Source: Mobula hypostoma (taxonomy: Eukaryota). Taken from it: DNA of 64,000 bases. This document shows positions 12,839 to 26,139 of this stretch, in pieces; the first letter of the stretch is position 1; the number at the start of each line of letters is the position of its first letter. Made by a program: the position numbers and the translations under genes. Below the pieces are notes generated by a model. That model had not been told where the DNA came from and did not search any database. It was given only the letters and a program-made list of their open reading frames with translations. The stretch spans positions 166,346,001 through 166,410,000 of the forward strand of contig NC_086101.1 of NCBI RefSeq assembly GCF_963921235.1. The letters are read 5' to 3'.

Positions 12839-13987
12839 CCATTTCTTTAGATATTTACAGATTAGAAACTTTTTAAATACTGTTCTTATTACCTTTCCGA
12901 TTTCATATTCAATGGATATAATGGAAAAAATTTTAGATTTAAATCCTTTTCATAAAGGTTCAATAGCAATTATTTATAATATGGTTATGAAAATAAATCC
13001 AGATGTATCAAATACAATTAAGAACGACTGGGAAAGTGAACTTAAGCTGACTTTACCTACAGAGAAATGGGGAAAAATTTTTCAATTAGTTAATTCTTCC
13101 TCTATATGCGCTAAACATGCGTTCATACAGTTTAAAGTAGTGCACAGGGCTCATATGTCCAAAGATAAACTATCTCGTTATTATTCTTATATAAACCCTG
13201 TATGTGATCGATGTCATTCTGAGATAGCTTCATTAACTCATATGTTTTGGTCTTGCCCTTTGCTGAAGAAATATTAGGATGACATCTTCGATATTATTTC
13301 AACTGTTTTGAATATTGATCTACAACCTCATCCTATTACTGCAATCTTTGGTTTACCAGTGATAGAACAACGTCATCTGACCTCCTCAGCTTGTCGGATG
13401 ATTGCTTTTGTTACACCAATGGCTAGAAGATCCATATTATTGAATTGGAAAGAGATTAATCCTCCTACTACATTTCAATGGTTTTCTCAAACTATGTCTT
13501 GTCTAAATTTAGAAAAAAATTAGAAGAATCATTTATGACCCTTCTATTAAATTTGAAGAGATTTGGAGACCATTTATTCAATACTTTCACATGATGTAAT
13601 TTGACCCTTTCCAATTCTATTTTGTTACTTCAATATACGGGGAGAGGAGCGGAGTTAATGACACTAATGGTTTTATCTGAGGTATCATAATAGCCCATGC
13701 TTTTTCTTTTTTTTCCTTTAGTTTAGTTTTCTTCTAGTTGGGATAGATTATTTTTTTTCTTTTGGGGTATATACATATTTTTTTCTTTTTTCATGATATT
13801 TTTATATTTTCACTTTATATTTTTCTTATATTATATTTGTACTTTGTGAGATTTTGGGAGGCTCATTAATTATGTGTCAATTGAGTTTATACTTGTATAA
13901 ACTAATTATCAATAATGTAATCCCAATTGCTCTGTATCTATTTTCTGTAATGTTTATGATGTTGAAATTAATAAAAAGATTGAAAAA
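12839..13987 (+). mobile_element. L1-clade LINE, 5'-truncated
   Basis: FFRYLQIR, QFKVVHR, CCHC knuckle CDRC...HMFWSC, AATAAA plus A-rich tail; TSD gaatggcag(c/t)gatgc at 12824-12838 and 13988-14002. Confidence 0.9.
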
Positions 13988-14995
13988 GAATGGCAGTGAT
14001 GCTTCCCTACCAGATGAAATCAACATCTTCTAGCCCCGCTTTGAAAGGGAGAACACAACTACAGCTGTGAAGACTCCTGCTGCACCTGATGACCCTGTGA
14101 TCTCTGTCTCAGAGGCCGATGTTAGGCTGTCTTTAAAGGGGGCCCTTGCAAGGTGGAAGGTCCAAATGGAGTACCTGATAAGGCTCTGAAAACCTGTGCC
14201 AACCAACTGGCGGGAGTATTCAAGGACAGTTTCAACCTCCCACTGCTGCGGGTTGAAATTCTCACTTGCTTCAAAAAGACAACAATTATACCAGAGCCTA
14301 AGAAGCGTAATGTGAGCTATGTTAATGACTATCGCCTGGTAGACCTCACATCTACAGTGATGAAATGCTTTTGAGAGGTTGGTCATGACTAGACTGAACT
14401 CCTGCCTCAGCAAGGACCTGGACCCATTGCAATTTGCCTACTGCCACAATAGGTCAACGGCTGTTCACACGGCTTTAGACCACTTGGACAATACAAACAC
14501 CTATGTCAGGATGTTGTTCATCGACTATAGATCAGCACTTAATATCATCATTCCCTACGTCCTGATTGAGGGGTTACAGAACCTGGGCCTCTGTCCCACC
14601 CTCTGCAATTGGATCCTCGACTTCCTAACCAGAAGACCACAATCTGTGTGGATTGGTGATAACATCTTCTCCTCGCTGACAATCAACTCGGGGATGTGTG
14701 CTTAGCCCACTGCTCTACTCTCTATATACACAAAACTGTGTGGCTAGGCATAGCTCAAATACCATATATAAATTTGCCAGTGATACCACCATTGTTGGTA
14801 GAATCTCAGATGGAGACGAGAGGGCATACAGGAGTGAGTTATGCCAACTAGTGGAATGGTGTCACAGCAAAAACCTGGCACTCAATGTCAGTAAGACGGA
14901 AGAGCTGATTGTGGACTTCAGGAAGGGTAAGACAAAGGAACACTTACCAATCCTCATAGAGGGATCAGAAGTGGAGAGAGTTTGTAGTTTCGAGT

Positions 14996-15169
14996 AAACA
15001 ACAGGAATTCTGCAGATGCTGGAAATTCAAGCAACACACATCAAAGTTGCTGGTGAACGCAGCAGGCCAGGCAGCATCTATAGGAAGAGGCGCAGTCCTA
15101 TAGAAGAGGCCTCTTCCTATAGATGCTGCCTGGCCTGCTGCGTTCACCAGCAACTTTGATGTGTGTTGC
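14996..15169. mobile_element. Fold-back Penelope-derived mini-insert
   Basis: Perfect inverted arms ~15030-15090 and 15110-15170; 14-bp TSD ttgtagtttcgagt (14982-14995, 15170-15183). Confidence 0.9.
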
Positions 15170-15983
15170 TTGTAGTTTCGAGTTCCTGGGTGTCAAGATC
15201 TCTGAGGATCTAACCTGGTCCCAACATATCGATGCAGTTATAAAGAAGGCAAGACAGCAACTATACTTCATTTGGAGTTTCTCAACAAAACACTCTAAAA
15301 CTTCTATAAAAGTACCGTGGAGAGCATTCTGACAGGCTGTGTCACTGTCTGGTGCAGAGGGGCTACTGCGCAGGACCGAAAGAAGCTGCAGAAGGTTGTA
15401 AATCTAGTCAGCTCCATCTTGAGTACTAGCCTACAAAGTACCCAGGACATCGTTAGGGAGCGGTGTCTCAGAAAGGCAGCGTCCATTATTAAGGACCTCC
15501 AGCACCCAGGGCATGCCCTTTTCTCACTGTTACCATCAGGTAGGAGGTACAGAAGCCTGAAGGCACACACTCAATGATTCAGGAACAATTTCTTCCCCTC
15601 TGCCATCCGATTCCTAAATAGATATTGAACCCTTGAACACTACTTCACTTTTTAAAATATATATTATTTTTCTTTTTTGAACGATTTTTAATCTATTCAA
15701 TGTACATATACTGTAATTTATTATTTTTTTTATATTATGTATTGCATTGAACTGCTGCTGCCGAGTTAACAAATTTCACGACATATGCCAGTAATAAACC
15801 CATTCTGAGATTCAACAGAATCACTCTTGCCTCCGACTCATAACTTGAAATCCCTGTATAAAAAGTGGTCGCATGATCTAATAACGTCTCATTGCACTGA
15901 GAAAGTGGCGCAATATCAGCGGAGCTGTAGTTTAGTGAGACGTTAAACAGCGATGGTCAGATGGATGTAAATGACACATAATA

Positions 15984-16110
15984 TCCTGATGAAAGGTCTC
16001 GGCCCGAAACGTCAAGTATTCGTTTCCCTCCATAGATTCTGCTTAATCCGCTGAGTTCCTTCAGCATTTTGTGTGTGTTGCTCCAGGTTTCCAGGATCGA
16101 CATTCGCTCG
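15984..16110 (+). mobile_element. Penelope-derived short element with hammerhead core
   Basis: CTGATGA(15986)-aaggtctcggccc-GAAAC-GTC followed by the family tail. Confidence 0.75.
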
Positions 16111-16526
16111 TGTCCCCATCTCTATCGACTTGCATTAACTGTAACTGCAGTAACTTGCGACCGATTAACGGTGTGTCCAACAGGCCTGGGACACTCGGCG
16201 TCCTTCAATTAATTCAGGTCAATCAATGGCACTTGCTACTCCAAACCACTTTCTGTTCCCCTTTGCCTGGTCTCCCGCTCTATGGTCACGGAGACCGCCG
16301 GGCCAGTGGAGCAGCCGAGAGATCTCCCACAACGAGTGCTTTCCATCACGTCGCCTGTCCTACAAGGACAAACTCAAGGAAAGCCGCAGACAGGACGCGA
16401 ACGCCTGCAGCTTCATTTCAGGGTCACCATGCGTTGTTTTTTCCCCCTCTCTTATTTCTCAGTGAAACAATGAGAGTCAGAACCTGAACACGACAACACG
16501 GGGAGAAGTGCGACTTCCACACTTAC

Positions 16527-16577
16527 CCGAACAGCTTGACTGATGGCAGCCATCTTAGATCCCCAGCTGTTCCCCAT
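16527..16577 (-). CDS. MRPS36: KGD4/MRPS36 coding exon 1 (MGNSWGSKMAAISQAVR)
   Basis: GSKMA motif as in human MMGSKMASASRVVQ; consensus donor CGG|GTAAGT; CpG-rich context; second in-frame ATG at 16553. Confidence 0.88.
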
Positions 16578-16680
16578 AGCGACGTTGTTCAGTCAGCACT
16601 TCCGATAGGCTGAGCCAACCAGTCACGTGGGTACGTTCCAGAGGCGGAAGTCCGTCTGAGCGCTGGGCACGTCTCAGTGT
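16540..16680 (-). promoter_or_regulatory. KGD4/MRPS36 promoter with ETS/GABP, E-box and YY1-like motifs
   Basis: CACTTCCG (~16597), GCGGAAGT (~16644), TCACGTG (~16623), and AAGATGGCTGC overlapping the second ATG; CpG-enriched. Typical of nuclear-encoded mitochondrial genes. Confidence 0.65.
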
Positions 16681-17479
16681 AACAGGCAGATTCTCCCAAG
16701 ATCAGTGGGTAGGAGTGAGTTCCCTAATCAGTCCAGCGCGCTGTCGTCGGTGAAAACAGTTCCAACTGCAGCACGGGCAATTAGGATTTGGAAGTATTCA
16801 TATAACCCTGAGCAAGTGAAGTCTAAACACATAACGTCCGCAAATTCTGTTGCAAATAACCTTATAAAGGTTGGATCGTAGACGTGTACATTTATAAAGT
16901 ATCTTTTTAGTATCTATGTCTTACGGGCAATCAAGTGCAGTCGCATCATTATGTGCCGTGTCGTATGACGTGGGCGATCATGGTCTTTCTGAGACCATAG
17001 TTGTTCTTGGCAATTTTTTCTACTGAAGTGGTTTGCATAGCCTTCTTCTGTATAGTGTCTTGACAAGGCGATGACCCCAGCCATTATCAATACTCTTTCA
17101 GATTTCCCTGTGGGAAATATTTTATTTTGCAAGTCTAAATCAGCTTACCCCAAACTATTAAAAATCAACTACTAATATCGAGCTGTTTTATCACAGATAA
17201 ATAGCCTTGTGACCTTATTGATTTCTACATGGTTGCCACTTTCCTTACTGGTGGTACATTCTGTAACATGGGTTAGTATTGTGGTATCCCCAAGAATGTG
17301 ATGAAAGGTAATGGGCTATTGTAAGCTCATAACGTTGGACAAACAGAGGTTGCTCCATTCCTCCAACACTGTAATTTGCTTTGCCAATTTTTTGTCAAAT
17401 TTAGTATTTGCTATATTTTATTTGCTTTCTTGGAATGAATGTTTTGTACGCATTGGTAAAATATAAATTATCTGCATAG

Positions 17480-17885
17480 AATATTTTATTGCTGCCAAAC
17501 AATTGATACTAGGGCGTACAATCATCACAGGGATATTTGATTCTGCTCTTCGTGCTCCCTAGAGTACAAATCGATAGTAAATATTAAAAATTTAAATTAT
17601 AAATCATAAATAAAAAATAGAAAAGGGAAAGTAAGGTAGTGCAAAAAAAAACGAGAGGCAGGTCCGGATATTTGGAGGGTATGGCCTAGATCCGGGTCAG
17701 GATCCGTTCAGCAGTCTTATCTCAGTTGGAAAGAAGTTGTTCCCAAATCTAGCCGTACGAGTCTTCTTGAGCCTTCCTTGAGCCTTCTCCCAGAGGGAAG
17801 AGGGACGAAAAGTGTGTTGGCTGGGTGGGTCGTGTCCTTGATTATCCTGGCAGCACTGCTCCGACAGCGTGCGGTGTGAAGTGAA
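17480..17885 (-). mobile_element. Rex1-type LINE 3' end
   Basis: Reverse-complement match to the 3' end of the 49020-49915 element. Confidence 0.75.
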
Positions 17886-19529
17886 TATAATTCAAATTCA
17901 CAATTTCAGCTTAATATTAAATTATTAGTAGAGACAAATATCCTGATATGACTAGAGTTCAAATCTATTTATGAAGGTTGGGAGAAGGGCTTTAAAAATC
18001 AACTGCAGTTTTGGAATAAATAAGCCTCTGGGAATAAATTAATAAATGGAATCAATCAATTTTAAATTGAATAATACTGTACACCATTTTAGCTTATACG
18101 CAGGATTCAGTCCAAAAAGTATGAATTATGTACTTCATTAAAATATCCAAAAATAAATGAAATTAACCTGAGAAATGTGCAAACTAAAATAAAAATAAAA
18201 CTTCACACTGAACAGATGAAAACAAGCCAACCATTCATTTTTATTGATTTTATAGCCATTGCCATATCTTTGCTCCTTTTACATAAAATGGAATTACTGC
18301 ATATAATCATGTGACAAGTTTTATACTAAAGGATAAAATTGCATGCACAATATTGTCATATGTACTTAAGATTTACATTCTGAAATGATTTATCCCCTTA
18401 TAATGGGCACATTCTTATCATATTAGTATTTATATTTACAAAGACATTAAATATTAATGAGAAAGCAGAAAAGTATTTACAAGAACATTCATTATGGACA
18501 GGATTAAAGGGAAAGAAATAACTACAATATCAACAAAGTATTCTGTCAAATAATTTAGCTAATTTTTCACTGAGAATTTCTTTCAGTTAATTCTAATTCC
18601 TTCCCAATTTATATTCACCACAGATAAGAAGGCTAAGATACAAACTACATTTAATCACAATTTAAACTACCGTAAAAAAAACTCAGCAAAAAAAAAGCAA
18701 CTCTACAGTTGGAAACAAATTGGAAATGCACTTTTGTTGACCACTGCACTGCCAAAATTCCACCAATTAAACTGAAAACCCAGTCTTGCATGCTGCATCA
18801 AAAACAGTGAAGAATTAAGTGACAAACTTTGAAAGGGCAAAAGGTTTTCTCTGCCCCTAGAAAAAAATTCAGGTGTGCTTGCTGGTCTTGGCGATATCAG
18901 AATTACATCTGGGAGATGGGAGAAGGGGCCAAGTAGAATGGGAGGCATGGAAAAAGAAAAGCCTCTCAGGTCTGGTTCTGATCTGGCATAAGACCCCACA
19001 TCCCATTGATCTTACATGGAGACAACAGGAAAAAAGTGGGGAAGGCAAGTTACTTTTAAATAGCAAAATTTAATTATTTGTTTTTAGTTAATAATACGCT
19101 TTAAATTTAAGAATTTTAAATGTATTTTTTAAATAATTTCAATAGTCTTTCAATAAATGGCAGATACATTAAAAATGATTAAATTTACAGTATTTTAATC
19201 AATTAAAAGCTTTGTTTACTGTTGGGGAATTTAGGGGCAGAGCCCCATCACAATACCCACTTAAGGCTCTTGTCCTCACTGGACTCTGGGATAGAGTCAT
19301 AAATGCTGGCCCAGCTCATCCAGATAGGATAGGGACAGGTAGGCATAGGGGACAGAGCACTGCAGGCCAGCAAGGTCTGGCTCTTCAGACCAGAAGGTGT
19401 TCAAAAATTCAGCTTTCCACATTATGGTGGAAACCAGACAGTGATGGGATGGGAAAGGTATTTAATGTAAATAATTACTTTGTAAATTACATTGGACTTC
19501 CTTTTGTCCTTCCCATCAAATGCAATCTA

Positions 19530-19637
19530 TCAGTGGATTGAATCTGTTTCTTCAAGTGGATTATTCTCCAACTGCAAAACTATTTCTTTCAATTCAGGAT
19601 CATTGGCCCAGTTCACTCCACTAGCAAGAATAACGCC
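19530..19637 (-). CDS. CENPH: CENPH last coding exon (GVILASGVNWANDPELKEIVLQLENNPLEETDSIH*)
   Basis: tttttacag acceptor; CENP-H signature VNWAxDPxLKEIVLQLE; TGA at 19530-19532. Confidence 0.95.
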   Translation of the reverse strand, partial: GVILASGVNWANDPELKEIVLQLENNPLEETDSIH

Positions 19638-21214
19638 CTGTAAAAATACAAATTAATATTCCTGATTAATTTTCAAAACATTAGTAAGAATGTACATGAT
19701 TAACAAGACAATTCATCAATGTTTCTACCTATTTTGCATTTCATCAACCTCTAATAATAAAATCAACATGTAGAAGAGAACAGCAGACTTTTATTCCAAA
19801 TACAAATAATTTTCAGTTTGTGTCAAGGTAGTTGGATTCATATGGGACTGCCAAAGCAGAACTACATTTAACTTTGAGTACTTAATCATTATCAGAGATA
19901 CTATTCTCATCAATAAGCCAGGGTCCTTATTAAAACAGAATATACTAGAAGCACATGGGGCAAAAAGTAATTGTTGGTGTCACCCAAAAAGGTGTGGCAG
20001 AGAAAAGGAGCAGCTAGAAAAATGTAAGGTCTTATTAAGCAGAAAGTAGATGACCAAGTTGTGCCAGTTTGAAAAGATGAAACAATAATAAAACAACAGA
20101 GATGCATCAGAGGCACAGAGGGTATGCAAGTACAAAGTTCAAAGAAAATGTTACTATCAAAGTATATACATGTCACCATATACAGCCCTACGATTCATTT
20201 TCTTGTCAGCATAGTCAGCAAATCTATAGAATATTAATTATAACAGAATCAGTGAAAGATCGGTCAGAGGGCAGAAGACAACAAACTGTGCAAATGCAAA
20301 TATAAATAAATAGTAATACATAACGAGAACATGAAATAATGAGATAGAGTCCTTAAAGTGAGATCATTGGTTGTAGGAACATATCAGTGATGGGGCATGT
20401 GCCATTTTCTTCCATCATTCTCCTTTAGGTCTCCAGGTATTTCACCCTTCCCTTTTTCATTTTTGTTCTCGTATATCAGTTGGTTATGAAATAAGAAGTT
20501 ATTGATATAAAACATCTTCCTCTCATCATAGCCACTGCCCAAAACTGAATTTCCACTAACTTCTGTTTAAAATTAGGACTTCCAGCAATTGCAGTACTTT
20601 TTCTTTATCCCTCATTCTCATAGCTATTCCCTTGGCACATCCAACAGGCATTTAGGGGTTATGTTGCTGTCCCAGAAACTGAATTAAACCAGAGACCTGA
20701 CTCCCGTATTGGGACTGATTGGCACTTAATTCAATAATTATTGTGGTTTGTAGTAGCTGTGTGTATGCAAAACAGAAGTTATGTTTCCTATGTAATTGTG
20801 ACTGCAATTTAAATCAATTTATTGTTGCAAGATACTTCTATGTGAATAATAGAAAGGATTTGCTTTCGGAGCATAGAACAGTACAGCACTGGACATGTCG
20901 TACAGCCCATGATATTGTGTCACTCTTGACGCCAATTTATACTAAATGTCTTCCTCCTGTTACGAATATCCCTGCATTTCCTTAATATTCATGTGTCTAT
21001 TTAAGTCTCTTAAACTCCACCAAACTGCCTGCTTCCACTGCAAATGTACTACACTCTGTGTAAAAAAAATGCCTGACACGTTGTCTTCAAATTTCTCCTC
21101 CCCCACCTAAAAGCATGTTTGACATTTCTGCCCTTGGGAAGATTCTGACTCTCTACATCTATCATTAAAAAAAAACCTCTGTCAGGTCTACCCTCGGCCT
21201 CTGACACTCTACAG

Positions 21215-21302
21215 CAGGGGTTCCCAATCCGGGGTCCGGGGTCCACGGTCCCCTCGGTTAATGGCAAGAGTCTGTGGGATGAAAAAAAGTTGGGAATCCC
21301 TG
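21215..21302. mobile_element. hAT (Charlie/MER5-like) MITE, 88 bp
   Basis: TIRs CAGGGGTTCCCAA / TTGGGAATCCCTG; 8-bp flanks ctctacag / ctctagaa. Confidence 0.8.
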
Positions 21303-23228
21303 CTCTAGAATAAACAGCCCAAGTTTATTCAACTTCTCCTTATAGCTCAGACACTCTAATCATGATAAACCTCTTGTGCACCCTTCCACAGTCTCCACAT
21401 CCTTCCTATAATGGAATTACCAGAACTGCAACAATACTCCAAGTACAATCTGAATAGTGCTTTAAATAGCTGCAGCGTGACATCCCTACTCATATACTCT
21501 ACTCCAATGAATGCAAGCAGGCCATATGCCTTCTCTATCACCTACAGTAATCCACTGTGTAGCCATTTTCAGTGAATTATGGACTGAGACCCCAAGATCC
21601 CTCTGTACCTCAATGCCAGTACGAGGTCTACCATTAAATGTATACTTTATCCTTTCAGTTGGCCTCCTTAAATCCAACACCTCACACTCGCCCAAATTAA
21701 ACTCCATATTCAACTTCTCTGCCCATATATCCCACTGTATTCTTTGATAGATCTTTACACTGTCCACAATTCCAGTAATCACAGTGTCATCCACAAATTT
21801 GCTAATCTACCTAATTACATTTTCATCTAAATTATTAATATATCCTAGCCCCAATCATTGTGGAAAAACACTGGTCACGGACCTTCAACCAGAATAACAG
21901 CCTCCTACCCCTACTCTCTGGCCTCCATGAGCAAGCCAATTAGGACTTCAAACTTGCAATTATGAGGGATCTTATCAAATGCCATACTAAATTCCGCACA
22001 GATAACATCCACTGCCTTACCCTTATCAAGCACCTTTGTCACCGCCTCAAAAACTGTAGGCATGATCTCCATGCACAAAGCCAATACTGACTGTCCCTAA
22101 GCAGGCTATGCCCAAACAATGCATATAAATCTTACCCCTTAGAATCTTCCTCAGTACCTTCCCTGTCAGTGACTTGAGTGTTACTCATCTACAATTATCT
22201 GGATTATCCCCATCTCCTTTCTTGAACAAAGACACAACATTTGCTCCTCTCAAGTGCTCTGGGACCTTGCTTGTTGCTAATGAAGACATAAAGATCTTTG
22301 TCAAAGCCTCAGAAATGTCATTCGTTTATTTTTCCAGTATTCTAGGATATATGCTTGGGTATTTATCCACCTTAACATTTTTCAGAAAATCTGTCACCAT
22401 CTCTTCCTTTATTTCAAAATCCCCAGCAGGTTAGCCTGTCCTACTGTTTTCACTACCCTCCAAATCCTTTCAAAATACGTACCAACACAAGTACTTATTT
22501 AGTACCTCAGCCACTTGCTCTGACTCCAAGTACAAATTCCCTCCTCTATCATCAAGTGGACTCTCCTTAACCCTGCTCTCCAAGAACATATCATGGCCTC
22601 TTATGGCCTTTCTAATCATCTGCTTGAGCATGTACTTATCTTCCACAAGGGATCAGTCTGATTTTAGGTACCTAACCCTTATATATGCTTCCGTTTTCCC
22701 TTCCTAACTAAACTTAGGGCTCTTCAGGGTCATCCAAGGTTCCCATACTGTACCATCCTTGTCATTACTCCTTAGCAGGACATGCTGGTCCTTAAACAAC
22801 TTCCGTATGTCTGACAGCAGTTGCTCCCAGTCAATATCCTGTAGCTCCTGTTGCAATTCTCCCTCCCCTAATTTAGCACCTACCTACAAGAATTAATTAT
22901 ATTATTATTCAGAACTATCTTAAAATGTTCACCCACTATCAGGTCTGCCCCCTGGCCTGGCTCATTTCTCAAAACCAGGCCCAGTATGTTCTCTCACCAG
23001 GCCCAGTATGTTCTCTCCTCTAGTTGGATTCTCAACATACTGTTTCAAGAACTCCTCTTGACTGTATTAAGAAACCCCACCCCATCTGAACTTCTCGTAT
23101 TTTAAGGAAGTTTTAATCTATACTGGGGAAGTTAAAAATGACCCGCTATGACAACCTTGTTATTTCTGTCTCTTCCCATTCTCCCATATTTCTTCTCCAC
23201 TACTGACTGGCTAATGGGTCCTATAATC

Positions 23229-23561
23229 CAGTGGTCTCCAGCCTCCGGGCCGCGAAGAATGCAGCGGTGTAGTGGTGGCCGGGACACACCCAGCACATCT
23301 TTAAGAAAAAAGCCGAAATAAACAAGCTAATTAATTAGGTGCCGCCCGGCATGTAAATATCAGCCCAGATCAGAGCCCATTGCCGATTGCAGATTGCATT
23401 GCCTCTGATCTGGGCCAACATTTAGGTGCCCGGCGGCTCCTAATTAATTAGCTTGTTTATTTCGGCTTTTTTCTTCAAGATGTGCTGGGTGCGTTCTGGC
23501 CACCGCTGCACCACTACATTCTTCGTGTATCGGTCCGCGGCCCGGAGGTTGGGGACCACTG
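23229..23561. mobile_element. Palindromic hAT MITE, 333 bp
   Basis: CAGTGGT...ACCACTG termini, arms complementary over most of the length, perfect 8-bp TSD ctataatc. Confidence 0.92.
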
Positions 23562-24693
23562 CTATAATCCCATCAGGCTGATAACACCTTTCCTGTTTTG
23601 GAGCTCCATCCAAATTGCCTCCGAGAATGAGCCCTCCAGTATGCCCTCCCTGAACACAGCTATAACATTCTCCATTATCAGCAACACAACCCCACCATCT
23701 GAAATAATGAAATCCAGCAATATTGAGCTGCCTGTCCTGTTCTTCACACGGCCATGTCTCTATAATGGCAACAATATTGTAATTCTATGTACTGATCCAG
23801 GCTCTAAGATCATCCTCCTTCCCCATATACTCCTAGCATTGAAATAAACAAATGCATTTCAGCCCATCAGTCCCACCATGTTTATCAGCTGTTCTTCTTC
23901 TTTGTCTTATTTGTCACTCCATCTTTCTTGCCCTCATCCCTACCATCTGTTGTCCTGCTACCGTGGTTCCTATCACCCTAACACTCTAGTTTAAATCCTC
24001 CTTGAGCAGCACCAGCAACGACATCAGTTCCCCTCCAGTTCAGAATCAAACCATCTTATTTGTACGGATTCCACCTGTCCTAGAAGAGAGAACCTGGTGA
24101 TCCATAAATCTGGAGCCCTCTTTCCTGCAGCAGCTCCTTAGCCACAAATGAATTGCACCGTGTATCTATTTCTAACCTAACTAGCATGTGGCACAGGTAG
24201 TAATCCTGCTTTTTAATTTTCGACTCAGCTCTGTAAAATAATTCTGCAGGTAGCTCTGTACCCTTCAATGGGCCTGCCTGGATATAAATATTTCTTTGTA
24301 TGTTTATGTGCTAAGAAGCCAGGATTGGACTTAGTTGTGATGTTCAAAGTAGTTCAGCAGCCTGCCAACACTTGGGTGGACACACATGTACAATTTTCAG
24401 TCCATGAATTGTGCTGACTAAGAGGAGAAAAAAAATCATAGAATGAAAACTATATAGTGGAAAAAATTGGACTGCAATCCTAGATCATATGATTAGCCAT
24501 AAAATTTGTCAACGTTCTCATAAGAATTCGTTTTACATGGAGCTGTACATTAGAAACAGACAGGATATTCAACTAAGAAGGTGGGAGTAGGGAGCAGGAT
24601 GGTGTAGAGAGCAGCTTGAAGTAAATACAAAGATGACATTTTCTGTATTAAAAAATAAAGCATACAATATTATTTTGTATTAATAATCTCTAC

Positions 24694-24854
24694 CTGCAAA
24701 ACCTTCTGAATTAATGTCACCATTTTAAAGTGTTCTTGCAAGTTTTTTTCTCCACGTCTTGGAAGTTCCTTCTCTAACTGCTGTAGCAATTGTTGCTGCT
24801 TCATCTTTTCAGCTCTCATGTCTTTTAATACACCTTGCATTTTTCGTTTCAACA
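24694..24854 (-). CDS. CENPH: CENPH coding exon 8 (LKRKMQGVLKDM...FKMVTLIQKVLQ)
   Basis: Polypyrimidine tract plus gatttag acceptor, gtagag donor, 161 nt, phase 1 to 0; lies within ORF 24670..24882. Confidence 0.93.
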
Positions 24855-26139
24855 CTAAATCAGAGAAAAAAAATACACACACTGTTTCATTTATAGAGGA
24901 CTTTGATATTTGCCCTTAAGTGGACTTTCTTCATTTTTGTTCTTCACTTCAATTGGTATAGGTTCACTCAATGATCCTTCTAACATTATCCACTCCCACA
25001 GCTGTGTTTTATTTTGAACCAATCCCAATGGTCCATAACATTTACAGCAGTTCACAGGGTTCGTGTATAATAGAAATGCTCACCTTGATGCTCAAAAATG
25101 ATGTGATATACCTGCCCCTTCCCAGCCTCAGGCAATATATTCTGGATTCCAACTAATCCCCCCCCAATGTTTCTCAGATCCCATCAAGACCCTTTCACCC
25201 CAGCTCTGCACAGAAGAGATTCCTTCTTTCAATTCTATCTATGTTCCTCATCATATTGCAAATCTCCATTGGGTTTCTCCTCAGCCTCATCTGCTCCTAA
25301 AAAAACAAACCCAGTTTATTCAGTCTTTTCTCATGACCGAAACGTCCATTTCCAGGCAACACCCTGGCAAGTCACTTCTGCTCCCTCTCCAGTGCAGTCT
25401 CATCCTTCATATCAGGTGGTGACAGAACTGCCCACAGTACTCCAGCTGTGGTTAAATCCAGAGATTACTACTTTTCAAACACCTGCTTCTAAATCCCGTC
25501 ACAGACTCCCTAAAATCTGCCGAAATGACCACTCCCAATTACTATACAGGTCACAGGTACTGACTTAGACCATAACCTATGGTGGGTCACCCTTTCCCTC
25601 AAGAATTTTCTGCAGCCACTCAGTGGTCTCCTTGATCCTGGCACCAGGAATGCAACACACCAACTTGGACTCTCACGTGACTGTAAAAGGCCAAACAATA
25701 GCATTCTCTAGCGCCTCTTTTTGCTCCCCAACAACCTTAGAATTCCTCCCCCTTCTTGAACAGATAAGCCACCCAGTATGCTGCAGCCTTCCTTGTGGCT
25801 GAACTTCCCTCTGCTTCTCCAATACTCAAAACAGAATACTGGGTTGGAGATCAAGGTGTCGTCAGTGGCCTACTGAACTACCTTCCTTAGTTTTGTCACC
25901 TATTCCTTATCGACCTACATTTTAACCTGCAGGGTAACCATATCCTAAAAAATGCCACACAGCTGGTATTTCAGCTTATAACCCAGAGCTCCAGCTCCCT
26001 TAGCTGATACATTTCATGCATCTGTAGTTATCCAGAATACTTGAAATATAGTTCCCATGTGACACAGGATAGAACTGGGGTACCTGGCCGAGCTTCTATT
26101 TATTAGATCAACTCACTGCATAGATAACCTAAAGGACCA

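Larger units (their letters stand above)
12700..15808 (+). mobile_element. Rex1/Babar-type LINE fragment carrying two nested insertions
   Basis: [25 protein letters not shown] and ESILTGC...HPGHALFSLLPSGRRYRS motifs. Confidence 0.85.
20870..24230 (-). mobile_element. Old degenerate CR1 LINE
   Basis: Fragmentary RT (KAYGLLAFI, LEYC) and endonuclease (SEAIWMEL) motifs; CR1 tail at the left end. Confidence 0.8.

Noticed and set aside
22974-23017. 22-bp tandem duplication accaggcccagtatgttctctc
   Set aside because: Only two units inside a decayed CR1; ordinary slippage, not an array.
24895-24985. Open minus-strand stretch next to CENPH exon 8 as a candidate exon 7
   Set aside because: Translates to a CR1 endonuclease-like remnant (EGSLSEPIPIEVKNK); the true exon 7 is at 26849-26900.
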